From assembly GCA_047967505.1 (NCBI GenBank), contig CM106538.1: a DNA stretch of 64,000 bases. One strand, 5' to 3'. The notes below the pieces were generated by a model. It did not search any database. It was given only the letters and a program-made list of their open reading frames with translations, and was not told where the DNA came from. The position numbers and the translations under genes are program-made. This document shows positions 11,907-24,706 of the stretch, piece by piece; within the stretch, counting starts at the first letter, position 1, and each line of letters opens with the position of its first letter. This stretch comes from Dipteris shenzhenensis. Its lineage: Eukaryota.

Positions 11907-13279
11907 TTATTTCATGGACAATCTTTCCACTGATGAGGCTGAAGGCAACCAAAACATAAGCCTTCTCTCCTCGCTTTTTCTCTTTGCTCTGGGTTTAAGG
12001 GAGACTTTGACCAAGCCCGGGCTACCATTGGTGCTACTTTCCTCTTCACTCCAATGGTGGTACTTGATTTAGGAGTTTCAGCTGGTTTTGCCTGCTTGGC
12101 TTGACCATTCGGCTGCGAACCACTCCCTTTACTAATCCACTTCTTCTTAAACCTAGATTTCTTCTGGTACCCATATTGGGTCACGACTTGCGCAAACCCA
12201 CTTGGCTTGCCGCCCTTGGCATCTTCATAATTCAGGGCTATGGCTATTGCATCATCCAACGTGTTCGCATACTTTGTTGAGAGTTCACGCTCAACATCAT
12301 GTGATCATGTGTGCATAGCACCATCATGTGATCATATGTGCATAGCACTAACCTTATAGAGTGCTATAAAGGAAAGGGTTAGATTCCCTAACCCTAACCC
12401 TAAAAGGGTTTGTATATATTCTATTTTTTTAACTAAATCTAGTGTACAGTTAGTCATTTGTGGTGTGCTCTCTAGCTGTGCCCTCTCTCCTCATCTCCAC
12501 TCTTCTCCTCTCCCCTCTTCATATCTTGTCATAATTAGCCTGAACTTCCATTTTAATTCGATCATTCAATCCAAATATGAAATCTTTCACTTGGATTGAT
12601 TGATGTAGGGGTTCATCAACCTTCATTACGCTCTCTCGAAACTTATCAGTGTATTATGCCACTGACAAACTCTTCTGATGAAGGTTTCTATACTGATCCC
12701 AAGCTCAGGATGCTTCATCAGGAGGTAAGAAGTGTTTCCTAAATTCCCTTTTAGACCCCTCCCAGGTAGTGGATGCAATACCATCTTTCTGTTGTTTAAT
12801 CCACCACCGATCCACTGCCTCACTAAACATGTGGGTGGCCTCATGGATTTTCTTGATATCATTTCTGATTTCACAAATGGTGAACGCCTCATCCCATTTG
12901 TGTAACCAGGTCTCAATGACATCAGAACTACGGTAATTCATCCGACCAGAATACTTTTCCGGCCTATAATTGGCAATATTACGTACTTTAGCCTTCCTGG
13001 GCTCGACCGTATGGACACTAGACTCCGGTACTCCGGTTCCATTGGAGCCTGTTCTTTCTCATCTCGAGAAGGTCTGGCAGACATACTGTGTATCACTCTT
13101 CTAAGTTCAGACTGCCCTGCATTTGCCTATAATTGTTGCGCTAATAACTGCTGCAAGGCATCCTCAAGTAATGCAATCTTGCCAGATAAGGTGTGAACTA
13201 CTAGGCGCGACACCTGCTGGGTCGGTCGGACTCCTGACTCTATAGGTTCCATCCTGGAAGCTCCTTCTTATGCTTCCAT
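11907..13279 (-). pseudogene. Gypsy A gag (Ty3-capsid-like plus CCHC), interrupted by a solo LTR
   Basis: RPEKYSG...IETWLHKW...AVDRWW...TWEGSKREFRKHFLP, GLNDRIKMEVQ|YANTLDDAIAIALNYE, and CFGCLQPHQWKDC. Contains stops. Confidence 0.85.
12275..12531 (+). mobile_element. Solo LTR of the Copia B family in opposite orientation
   Basis: 257 bp, reverse complement of the B LTRs with about 5 substitutions. Flanks TACTT/TAATT form a TSD with one mismatch. The gag frame rejoins when it is removed. Confidence 0.95.
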
Positions 13280-14353
13280 TTAGGTCAATGGGTGTTTTGT
13301 TTTATTTTGTGGTTTAAAAAAAAAAAAACACCGCTAGAACATTGTATTTACAAACTGACAAAATTCAGTGTAGTGGCACTCTGACACAATTCCCTATTCT
13401 AGGGAATACCTGCAATCCCACATGCACACTGACTAGGCATTTGACACATGCATATATCACAATATACCCCAAACCACTTTCCCTGTACTAGGGAAATTCC
13501 TGCATCATACCCTGCCTTGGTATCCACCGCCTGCTATGGCATCTAACCTTTTTACAAGCTCACGATCAATGAAAGCCTCACGAAACTCTAACTCAGGAAA
13601 GGAGTTAAAATAAAAAGGGAAAGAGATTTTGAGAAGCCCCCTGGTCATCAACGATTTCATCACAGCCTTCAGAATCGCTTCCCTCTTCAATCCATGCAAA
13701 TCCAACCAACAGTCTCCCGCACTATATATGCAATCCCATTGTGTGCAAGATCTAGGGAAGTGCGTTCAGTTGTACCCTCGCTGTCCAAGTCCTGAATTTG
13801 TGGCCAGCTGCTCGTCGAGTAGCACTCCACCATGCGTCACGCCATGCTGCACCTTGGAATCCTAGTATCAAAGGGCTCCCTCGATACGTATCTCTGTCAC
13901 GCTTCTGCTCACAAGTGTGTTCCGCCTCCCTGGTCCACTCGCTCCTGTCGTATCTATGGTTGGTCGTCGAATTCCTGTGTGTATTCGTCAGCCCCTGAGT
14001 CGCCGTTACTCCCCCGCTGTCAACAAACTCTAACTCACGGTCAAAGTTAGCGAACGTTGAGTCTGGATAGCAAGCTATGGCTATGATTCTGTGAATCGAC
14101 GTTGGAGAAGCTACTAGATCGTGTGAATGGCAAGGCTCGCGCTCTGCACTCGAAGAACCCCAGGCAGCATGACCCTTGTACCTGCGTCGAATCATGCAAT
14201 CGCAACGATACGCGAATCTTCGATCAACCGCGATGACGACCACCGGAATCTACCTACACTTCCATTGTGCTGCTTTCGATCGATCGTGATGTCAAAACTA
14301 GAAATCCCACCTCGTCGCTTCTTGACACACAATGCAGGATCATTCCATCCTTT

Positions 14354-14365
14354 GCTCTGATACCA
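14354..14365 (-). other. Primer-binding site (tRNA-iMet) of Gypsy A
   Basis: The - strand reads TGGTATCAGAGC, 2 nt from the 5' LTR. Confidence 0.92.
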
Positions 14366-14367
14366 AA

Positions 14368-14830
14368 TGAAACGAACTTCCTACTTACTACAGCAGATCA
14401 TGGGAGTAGCACCATAGAATATCCTCCCAGCCAAATCCTTGCTAGAGCGTGAGAGCTCACACAGAGAAAATCAAAATCTGAAAACATACGTGAAGGTCCC
14501 TTCTCATTCTCTCACTAACTCCAACAAGCCCCATCTCCCTCGATGGATCTAGATGCCACATGTCATCATCATAGGGCCTTTCCTAATGCATCTTTTCACC
14601 CCTCTCTTGGGATACTTTAATTTCCTTTGCCCCTAGGCACATTGCTTGCATTAGGCCCTTAGCCTCAGATCCACCTAGTTTGGTGCTATCAGCCCTCACC
14701 TAGGACCTTGACATTAATTCCCTCCTGATCATTTACATGAAGCGCAAACAAATATATTACAAATGTAGATCCTTAAGGGAAATGTCAACTGATTCTTTCG
14801 AGGTCATGCCACCTCAGCTAGAGCGTAATA
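14368..14830 (-). repeat. 5' LTR of Gypsy A
   Basis: Direct repeat of 692-1154; the terminal dinucleotide is mutated (TA for CA on +). Confidence 0.95.
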
Positions 14831-15299
14831 GAAATAAAGGCCAAATAATCTAGAATGCAATGGTTTAAATACGGTCAATTGATCTCTATGAACTATTGAG
14901 TGCCACATGCCCAAGGATATTATCCAAGAAACGTGGATCCGTTAGTGATAAAGACTTATCGATGTGTATTTCTTGATGGATGAATTTGCTTAGAAGCATG
15001 TTATCTAAAGTTGAAGAGGTTGATTGAATATACTTTTCCTTGTATGTAATGTTTCAAAGGATTATTGTTGGAATATTGAATATTATTATATGGTAAGGAG
15101 AGAAACCACATGACACACACTTGTGGCTACATATCAGGGCTTCTCCATATCAGTAGGTTGATCCTCTTTTTACTTAAACTTTATAATTAAAAAAAAACCC
15201 AGCCAACTTATATTATGAAAGGGAAAAGGGGGGGGGCGCACCCAAAAGGCCAAAGCCTTTGCATAGTAAGGAGACTATTGGTCAGATGGCCTTGGTGAG

Positions 15300-16284
15300 A
15301 TTTTTTTCACGGAATCTACACAGTTGTTGTGGGGAAGCAAACATAAGAGATGATTAGGTATTATCAATACTAAAAAGCCAAATGTTGATTTGTTATGGGA
15401 GTGTAAGTGTGGAGAAGATGATGTATTATGGTTTGCATTTCGGCAGCTACTACTAGGATATTGCATGCTATTAAGAACTTGGTTAGAGGGTGAGGAGGCA
15501 AGACCATCCTAGCTAGGATCTTTCATGGACTTCAGGAATTGGGTTTTCGTTTCAATTGGCTAGTTTGTATGCCCCGAATGGAGCTAGTGCCCATTCTCAT
15601 TGTTGGAATGCATTGAAATCTTCTCTTTTTGATGCATATTAGCTGTTTGATAGAGATTGGGACATGGAAGAGGGTGAAGGTGATGGATCTCACTCAAGTA
15701 AAGGGCTTATGGGTAAGGAAAAAGATGCCTGCCTGGCGTTCCAACCAAGGGGGAAACCATACCAACATGATTTGATATGATCAAACATTGATTCATGGAG
15801 ACCCCTATGCCCAGTGGGGCTCCAAGATATTGGATTATTTGTCTTGGAGGGATCACTTGTACCAACAAAGCATTAACCCACTCAAGCATATCATCAAACA
15901 TAGATCGCAGGGCATAAGACTTTTTCCACATGCAGACTGAGCCGGATGCATTACAGAAGCAGGAAATAATTCTTTTCAAGACACTAAAACTGGTATGATC
16001 TTCCTTGCACACTACCAACAAATCGTTATTAGCAAACATTTGAGTACAAAACTGATTACCCCTTTCCATGTCCAAGTTACCACCGCACAAAGAACAAACA
16101 AGAGGGCCAATAGGGCACCCTTGATGAATTGAGCGTGGAAAAGGGTGGAGTAATGGGGTTTCTATTTGCCATGCAAGATTGGAAATAAATACCTATCCTC
16201 CCTTGCCTTTTGCCAAGAGATGGGATCTTGCTATCAGAGGAGTTGTTAGGGAGGCTATTGCTTGGGAAAAATAGGGTAAAGCAA
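15300..16284 (-). pseudogene. Degenerate non-LTR (LINE) reverse transcriptase fragment
   Basis: RSIHQGCP, QMFANND (decayed FADD-like motif), FCNASGS and IQYLGAPLG on the - strand. Boundaries approximate. Confidence 0.7.
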
Positions 16285-16592
16285 CATTAGGAAAATTTGG
16301 AGCTCATTTTGGAGCCCTCTAAGGACTTCCCTTGAGAATATTCTCTCAAAAAAGGGGGGCATGGATAATAGAAATGCCAAGTCCGGTTAGGGGGGCATGG
16401 ATAATAGAAATGCCAAGTCCGACAAAGGTTAGGGGGCCATGGATAATAGAAATGCCAAGTTCGACAAAGGTTATGGGGGCTCAAAACTTGTCAGACTTGG
16501 CATTTCTATTATCCATGCCCCCCTTTTTTGAGAGAATATTCTCAAGGGAAGTCCTTAGAGGGCTCAAAAATGAGCTCTAAATTTTCCTAATG
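16285..16592. mobile_element. 308-bp foldback/MITE-like element with ~100-bp terminal inverted repeats
   Basis: CATTAGGAAAATTT...GCCAAGTC (16285-16383) is the reverse complement of ~16494-16592 with 2 mismatches. Internal tandem copies of GGGGCATGGATAATAGAAATGCCAAGT. No clear TSD. Confidence 0.8.
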
Positions 16593-18979
16593 ACAGGTGG
16601 AAGTACAAGGATCTTATTGGTGAATCCTAGACGTTGGTTATTTGGTGTATTGCCATCATATTCTTATCTCACCTCAGTAATTTATTGGGTGCCCAGGTAG
16701 ATTCTAGAGGGTTAGCACCCAAGAATCTCTGAGGTCATTTTGATGCTAAACACATCCTATAAGCTAATTGCCATGGGCTTTTCTCTTAAACTTTAGATAG
16801 AACCTTGTAATAATAGGATGGAATCAATGATCGATGTAAATGCATGAAATTATCATCTCAATTTGTGGGTATAGTTCAATATGCTTATGTAGAGGTTTGC
16901 TTTAATTACTTTCTATTCAATCTAGGCTTTGATATATGTAGATGCATTACTAGATGTTTGGGTAGCTAGTTTCACCAATAGATTCTTGCCAATACCTTAT
17001 AATTAAAGATAGAATGGTGGTGCACATTTAGGCAAATGGATGTTTGCACACTATGAAGGAACAAAGAATTCAAAGATGTATGCATGTTGTGAGGGTCATA
17101 AAGTGCGACCAACGAGAGGAAAAGTGATGATTTTAAGTAGTGTCGAGTATGGTTATGTAGGATTAATGGAATTAAACTTGAGATATGAGATACTCATTGA
17201 GTACACTGTTTAAAAAGGATGATGAATGAAAGACATGCATTTTTAAGTGTAGATTCTATCCCACTAGTATACAATGACAGAGACAAAATAAGATGCTTGT
17301 TTAAGAATTAGCTAGAATAAAATGGGCCCTATAAGATGAGGATCGAACACTAAATTCCAGAGGCACTAAAATCAAGACCCTTTTACTAGAATAAATCATA
17401 CAATATCGATACAAGGTTAGCTGGTGCCAAAAAGGCACCTTATCATCTCTCTCTGCATGGACTTCGTATAAAAGCTTAAATTTGTGAATAAGAGAGATTG
17501 GTGTACATTTAGCTAAATGTGAGAGGTCCTCTCCTCATATTTTTTATTTTTGTTGTGATAAACTTGTTTGACATGGTATTAAAGCAATTATAGCTTTGAG
17601 GCTTTTGTGATATTGCTTTCTTGGTTTTAGAAGCTCTTTTTATGTTTGCTTTAGCTTAAAAAGCTTACTTTTACAGCTTTTGAGCTCCTCATATATGATT
17701 TCAAAGCATTCTTTCTTCAGTTGTTTGTGTCTACATCTCTTTAGAGCATAGTGGAGATGAAATAAGGTACGAATTGCCAGTATTGGTTGGTTCCCAATTG
17801 GTTGTAAGACGTGTCACATGTACTTGTCTCTTGAGTCTTTTGGTTCATTGTGCTGATTTTGGCAATAGAGGATACTTGGGTATTTTCGGGCTTGCCCACA
17901 TGCTATGAGAAAATTGAATGGGGGTATTTATGGGATTAGGTTACTTGTATTTATTGTATAAGATGGTATAAGGAGTCTACCATGTGGATCATGTACATGC
18001 GGTATTAGGGCTTATGTTTTGGTGAAGATGATATTTCTTGAGGGTTGATGCACACAATTGATTTTGCATGAATAGATTAAGTGAATATCCCTTGTGTCTA
18101 AACTCATTTTTGTTTTTTCCTTTGAACTCATGGAGGTTCATGGCTCTCAACACTATTTGTTAATTGCTATAAGTGTGTTAGGTTGCGTAAAAGTTTGAAC
18201 TTGAAGACTAGAGAACCATAAAGAATTATCGCGACATGTGAGGTCTAGAAAGGCACCAAGACTATATGATTTGTATAATAATTACACAATAAATCTTCCA
18301 AGAGTGATATTTTAAGCCTTCACAATGTTTGTAGGTATCTTGATGTCATATATTAAATCAAATATGTGTGCACAATAGCATGTGTCTACCCAATCGATGT
18401 TTGTGTGCATTTTCAAGATTACACATTGGTTCACTATGGAAGCCTTGTTATAATTCTCACACCCATGTGAGACCCCTCTGTTTTATCTCATGAGATCCTT
18501 ATCTCCTTTTGATCTTGTTTTTCTTCATCCTCTTGAGATGATTTTTTGTTTGCATCTTGTCAACCGACCTTGTGAACCCCTCATGAGCCATGATCACTCT
18601 CCTCATGACCTTACTTTTCATTCTCTCTATTTGTAAACCTGTAATAGCCTCCTCTTCGACCCTTAGTACCATTGGGAAATTGTTCTACTTGTGCTTCATC
18701 ATACAACCCCTTGTGAGCTTGGCCTTTGCATCCTTGCGACCCATCCTTTTCTCATGACCTCCTCCTTGCTCACATGCTCGTCACTCATGCACATTTGATT
18801 CTATGAAAATAAACCTTGTATTAACCTTGATTGCCATGTACTAACCCAATTATATAAACTAACCTAGGTTCTACCATACACAGGTTCCTAACCACACCTT
18901 GTTAATATATTGCTAGGGTTAGGTTAGCTTAACCCAATCGAATCACCTAAAGTTTAGTTAAATTTACCACAAGGTCATG

Positions 18980-19860
18980 CAATGGTTTACTTGAAGATTA
19001 CTAAAATTTGGTGGAAAGAATTGCAATTTCACAAATAAAGACCAACATTGGAAGAGTTACAGTTCATTTTATTCGATGACGAATTGAGAAATAGAGCTAT
19101 TCAAGCAGAAAAAACTTCTAATAAACAAGGATTTTTTGCTTCATACAGAGGTAGAGGTATAAGAAGTTCATCATCAAATAGAGGTGGACATTATCAACAT
19201 AAAAACACTATCAAAATCAAACAAAAATAATTGTATATACAACATGGCATTCAAATTGAGGCATTGCCAAAATAGAGGTGGCTAATTTTTTCCAAAAAAT
19301 GGAAGTTATTCAAATAGGTTTGCACATATTTAGGGTAATCATTGCCATCAGTTTGGACATCATGGCAAAGTTTCTACAATAACAATAGAATAGAACATCA
19401 TTTTGACAAAAGATGTAAATAAGCTTATAATGAAAGAAAGATTTCACATAAAACTATTTGGTTCATTATTGATTGATCTGACAATAACAAGGCTAGATAT
19501 TAGCTACGTTGCTAGTTCTATCATGCGATATTTGTCAAAGCCTAAATAGTCATACTTGAATGCAATACAAAGAATTTTTAAATACATCAATAGAACAAAG
19601 AAATTAACATGGCATTGAATTAAAAACTAGTGAAACATGCTTATATGGATTTTGTGACAATGATTATGTAGGAGATTGTGATCACATAAGATCAACATAA
19701 AGATTTGCATTTATCTTAGCAACAGGTTTCCTTGTGTTCAAACAAAATAGCCTACAATTTTTGTCATCAAATAAGAAAAATATCAATATTTAATAAAATG
19801 TTAATGTGAATAAATTTAGCTTAAAAGATTACTTCAAAGGCATATTACATGCAAGAGAGA
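18980..19860 (+). pseudogene. Highly degenerate, internally deleted Copia remnant related to family B
   Basis: LEELQFILFDDELR (compare B: LEELQSVLLGEELR) and LTITRLDISYVASS...LNAIQRILKYI (RT C-terminus). A possible decayed PBS TGGTATTAAAGC lies at ~17574. Confidence 0.7.
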
Positions 19861-19869
19861 GAATAAGTT

Positions 19870-20950
19870 AGATTGTCTTCATTCTTATGATTGGTGCAAA
19901 TGTCTCCTCACAAGTAATGCCCTCCAATGAAACGTACCATTTTGCCACCAATCTTGCCTTGTATGCGTCTACATGCTTGTTATCTTTGAGCTGACCTTGG
20001 AGACTTGTTTGTAGCCACTTACATTGTTTCCCTTGGTGGATAGCTCCACTCTCCCAACATCACATAAACCATTAGAAGGGAACCGGTTTGATAAATAAAC
20101 CACTGTGCAAACTACTTTATAGGCATGTCCTTAGTTTGCATCATGATCCTTACACACCCAACAATGGTGCAGTTCTTCCATTCCACTACTCATTTTGTAG
20201 TCATGCCTTAGGCAAGGAAATCCATCTATATTCTATGTATTTCACATTGTTTCACACAATAAATACCTTAGAGACATTCTCCACTGCCATTACCGACTTG
20301 AAATATTCAAAAGTTTGATTAAGTGTATATGAATTATCTAAACCTTTCAAGAAGTTTAGACCTTTGATTCATGAAGTAGAAAAAACAATTTTTTGTTTAT
20401 ATTCATAATAAATGTGACAAAGTACTTCCACCATCGAGCGATGGCATATGAGTCATATACCTTGTAATGTCATTGTGCACTAGTTCCAATGGTCTCTTGG
20501 CTCTTGTGGCTTGGTTTTTGGGACTTTGGTGCCATAGTTGAGAGTTAAAATGTGCAATCATGGATGTCTATCCATGGGTGTCAAATTTTAGAAAATTCCC
20601 AATTGAAAAAAGCTTGAATGTTCTAATTAGCACATTGTAGGATTAAATAATTGGCAAAGTAGAAGACATGTTGAGAGCCTCATATTTTTAGCCCAATCCA
20701 CATCATTTAAACTTTAGGCCGGTCCATATCCATCGAGATCATGTGGTAGTAACCTCCGAATTATGCAATGAGTTCAAACAATGGTCACTTTGCAAATTCT
20801 CCCATAGTATGACTATGATGCAAATGGAATTGTGATCCAGGGTCCTACTAGCAACTCTCTTAGATGTCAAAACTACCCATTAGATCAATGCATGGGTGCT
20901 ACGATTTGAGTGCCAAATTCCTTATAAGAGAGAGATTCACAAATGAACAT
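19870..20950 (-). pseudogene. Degenerate Copia integrase/RT remnant
   Basis: The - strand gives RPLELVHNDI, a KYFVTF-like motif and AYKARLVAK. Confidence 0.65.
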
Positions 20951-22457
20951 TCCGTTTCAGCTTCTTTCATTCATTCAAACCAAGGTACTCATTTGCAAAG
21001 TCTGCATGAACTAAAGGAAGGGGATCAAGAAAGGGTAGGTGGGGTCACATAAAAGTTTGAATTTCATTTAACTTGAATTCCTTTTTCTATATGGGCTAAA
21101 ATGCCACATAAAAAGTAGGAGTGGAGGTAGCATCTAGAATTTTGAGATATAGGAGTACAATATTTGTGTAAAAAGAGAGATATATAGGACATTTGTAGAG
21201 TGAGAGGAGATATGTAGGACATTTGTAGAGTAAAAGGATATATATTGAGATATGCCAGGCATTTGTAACAAAAGAGGAGATATAAGGAGGCGCAGGGAAG
21301 CTAATCAAGCATGGGAGGGGTGGGGGGGGAGGGCAAGGGGGATCCCTTGAGTAGCTTGCAAGATGGTGCCCTATGGACCCCCCTCTCGTATCAATGTTCT
21401 AAAAGTGATTCATTGAATTGGAGATCTACCTCTTTTTTCATTCTTTCTTTCCTTCTCCTTTCCCCTTTCCTTCTATCCTTTGCTCCTTTTGTCTCTACAC
21501 CTTTCTTTCTTCTTTTACTTGCCATTTCGATGGATAACATATACTCTTTTGTTCGTTTTCTATCCTGAGAGTTTTTCTAAATCTATACATTCATGTAAAA
21601 AACCATTTTCTAGGATTGGTGGGTTTATTTTAGATGAAGATTCAAATTTGGGAGGCAAACCCAAAGCAGAAAAGATGAGGGTGGCTATCAGTAGTCCAAG
21701 AGAGTGATTTAAAACAACCCCAAATATGATTGAGGAGTGGAATTTAGAGATGTAAAGTTGGGATTTTGAGTACCCAAGACAAGAATGCAAAACCAATCCC
21801 AAATTTTAATTTCAAAAGGGAATATGGGGAGTGAATTGGAAAGAAAAAAGTGGGTTTTTGGAGCAATCAAGAGTGGAATGAAAATTTGTCTTAACATCGA
21901 GTTTAAAAAAGCTATGGGGAAGAATTTGAAGAGGAAAAACTGCAGTTTTAGAGTAATGAGAGGTGAATGCAAATCGATCTCAAAATTGAGTTAAAATATG
22001 AGTTTCACAATGCAATCAGAGGGGGAAATGTGGGTTTCTAGACTGGATAATAGAGGAATGCATACCATCCCCCAAAACTTAGTTGTAATAGTAGAAAGGC
22101 CTTTGGAATAGATGAGAGAGGAATTGATATACTAGTCCCAGATTGAGTTGGGATATGGGCTTTAGAGAGGGATTGATATACAAGTCCCAAATCGAGTTGA
22201 GATATGGGTTTTAGAGAGGTATATAAAGAAAAAATGATGGGTTTTTAGAGCAACCAAAAGGGAATGTTTGAATTAGGCCACAAAGCATGCACTTTCCAAT
22301 TGCAAAGTGAAATGTAGGGTGGGTGAGGAGATTTGAAAGAGAGGACATCACATAAGCTAAAACATGCCAAAATCAAGATGCACATGCGGCTATGGTGGTG
22401 GCAAGATGGAGCTATAGATAGATAGATTGCTAGATAAACATACATACATACATACGT

Positions 22458-23449
22458 TGTTATGGATAAATTTGACCAATGAAAAAGGCATAAATATGTG
22501 TGTGCTTGTATGTGTGGCAATAGTATAATAAAATATGGTGTGCATAGGGCCCAAGGTTGTGAGGTAGCAAGACATGACCATGTGCCACCCTTTCACGTAA
22601 GAGGACCCATAAGGTGTGTTGTACATAATCCATGGTAGTAATATTTTAAAATGTTAAGGTGGCATGGCTCCCCCAGGTGCTACCCTCCACCTAGGCAGTC
22701 CCATGCCTGCATTTAGTGAGATATGGCCCAAAGTCCATGGGAGAAGTAATATAAAATAGGTGGAGATGGATATTATATTGGGTTATTCCCTCCATATAGG
22801 ATAGGCCCATGTGGGGGAGGTAAGAGTGCAAGTTAAATAATGGGGAAAGTAGGATGAGGTGGAAAGATTCCTTGTGCCAACCCTCCACTTGTCCTCCTAG
22901 ATGTTTGAACGTATTATAAAATTGGGAAGAGACCAAGGGAGTATCATAGACTTGGGATATGGGAGTTGATATATGTGGAAAAATGTGGCCAAGCGTTATC
23001 GCACACAATTGAGAGTGCATAACCACCTAGCCCACATGGGAGACTCTTCCACACACACCATGCATGTGGGAGGATGCATTTATTGGGAGAGACCCTCTCT
23101 CTTGGCTATAAAAGGAGGGGGCTATTCCTTGATGAGACACGCTCATTCTTGTAAAGCCACCTAGCTAGTACTTTGATTTCCCCCTTCCCTTCCTTTCAAA
23201 TAAAGCATGGTCCTCTTCCCTTGATGTCTCCATCTTTACATTCCTCCTCCCATCATGTACATGCTCTTCTTTCCCCTCTCTCTCTCCCCTTGTGCCATAG
23301 TCCCCCTCTTCTTTCCCTCCCCTCTTAATCCCTTTTCCCCACCTATGTTAATGCTCCTCCCCTCACGTTCCCTATTCCTCTATGGCCCTGAAGCGTCGCC
23401 ATACCTATCCTCTAGCCTCTTGTCTTGATTTATTTTCCGGCCAATAGAA
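22458..23449 (+). repeat. 5' LTR of element D
   Basis: Direct repeat of 27380-28381; TATA-like CTATAAAA at ~23106. Confidence 0.92.
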
Positions 23450-23450
23450 A

Positions 23451-23468
23451 TGGTGTGGCTGCCGGGAT
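23451..23468 (+). other. Primer-binding site complementary to the plant tRNA-His 3' end
   Basis: TGGTGTGGCTGCCGGGAT versus the recalled plant tRNA-His(GUG) 3' end ...AUCCCAGCAGCCACACCA gives 17/18 complementarity. The tRNA sequence is from memory. Confidence 0.7.
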
Positions 23469-24706
23469 CAAAATCTCCACGGCTAGTGGTGTAAAATCTG
23501 TTACTCCTACGATTGGGTGCAGCTCTGCGACCTCTTCCATGTGCAATTCTCTACTTTTGCACCTCCAAATTGCGTGCCTTCCCTGTCTCTATAGCTGCGA
23601 AACCTTCCTGCTTCTGTAAAACATCCGTGCTCCCTCTGAGTTCCTACGCACACATTCGCGCATCTACCATGTACACCCACACGATCGTGAATAGATCGCG
23701 ATGCTTTTCTGGGCTCCTGTGTCTTCTAGTCACGAATAGTTTTTTTGCAAAACTGTAACAGATCCCGCGTCCCCCCTCTCTTCTCCTTCTCTTTGTCTTT
23801 CTCTTTCTCTTCTCCTTCTCCTCTCCTCTCCTCTCTTTTTATTAAAGAGTGAGATTTGAACCCAAGACCTCCCCCTTCACAAAAGGGAGACTTATCATTG
23901 GGCCAGCAGATAAGAAGTGACGAAAATGTAATGATTTTTGCTTATATATTGAAATCTCGAGAACTGTAACTCTCTACTAACCGTGGGGAGTTTTCACATG
24001 CTGTAAAAAGTAAAAGTACTTCACTTCATGTGCTCTACTCATATCTCCTACTAGATTGCAGATTTTGAACTTTTTCAAGTTTACTTCACGGATGCATGCC
24101 ACATGAGGATGGTGGATATTTACATCACTTCTCGATGAGTTTAAGGATTTGGTGCCTGGTCCTCTACGCCTTATGGCTACCAATGGGTGAGATCTCTTTC
24201 TTGATCTTCATGTCGATCTTCAACAATTGATTGTACAGTGCATTGCTCAAGGAGACGATGGGTGGGATGATACACCATGGATGATTCAATGTGAAGAAGT
24301 AGTGATATGCTGGGAGGACTTTGATTTCAATTCTAGTCATTGTATGGTGATCGAGCTACTTGCTGCTTCGAAGGTAATTAAAAGGGTGTCCTTCTTTGAA
24401 GGGTGGGATTCTCCCCAAGCTTGGGGGAGATTTGGCGCATCTGCTTATTAATTCCTGTGAATAAGCTCGTTAGGGCTTAATGTTTCGACCAAGGAATTCC
24501 TTTGTACCTAATCAACCCTTTGTGCCTCATTTTGAGCTTCAAGTTGTAATTCTTTTTGGTCTAAAGATAAACTATCAACAAAGGATTGCAAGTTTATTTG
24601 GTACTAAACGTTTGGCTCAAGTATTGAATTCTCCCCACCCTCTCTTTCTACCTATCTTGGACTACCGAGAAACTTGGGATGTTCGGCGGATTTTAGTATT
24701 GATGTG

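Larger units (their letters stand above)
692..14830 (-). mobile_element. Full-length but degenerate Ty3/Gypsy chromovirus LTR retrotransposon (element A), host of the nested Copia insertions
   Basis: 463-bp direct LTRs at 692-1154 and 14368-14830. TSD GAAAT at 687-691 and 14831-14835. tRNA-iMet PBS (GCTCTGATACCA on +, 14354-14365). PPT next to 1154. Domain order gag-PR-RT-RH-INT-chromodomain on the - strand. Confidence 0.96.

Noticed and set aside
16350-16475. CRISPR-like 27-bp direct repeats
   Set aside because: Only three copies with very short, related spacers, lying inside a foldback element.
21100-22400. Short degenerate tandem repeats and purine-rich ORFs
   Set aside because: Probably old TE debris; no diagnostic motif could be supported.
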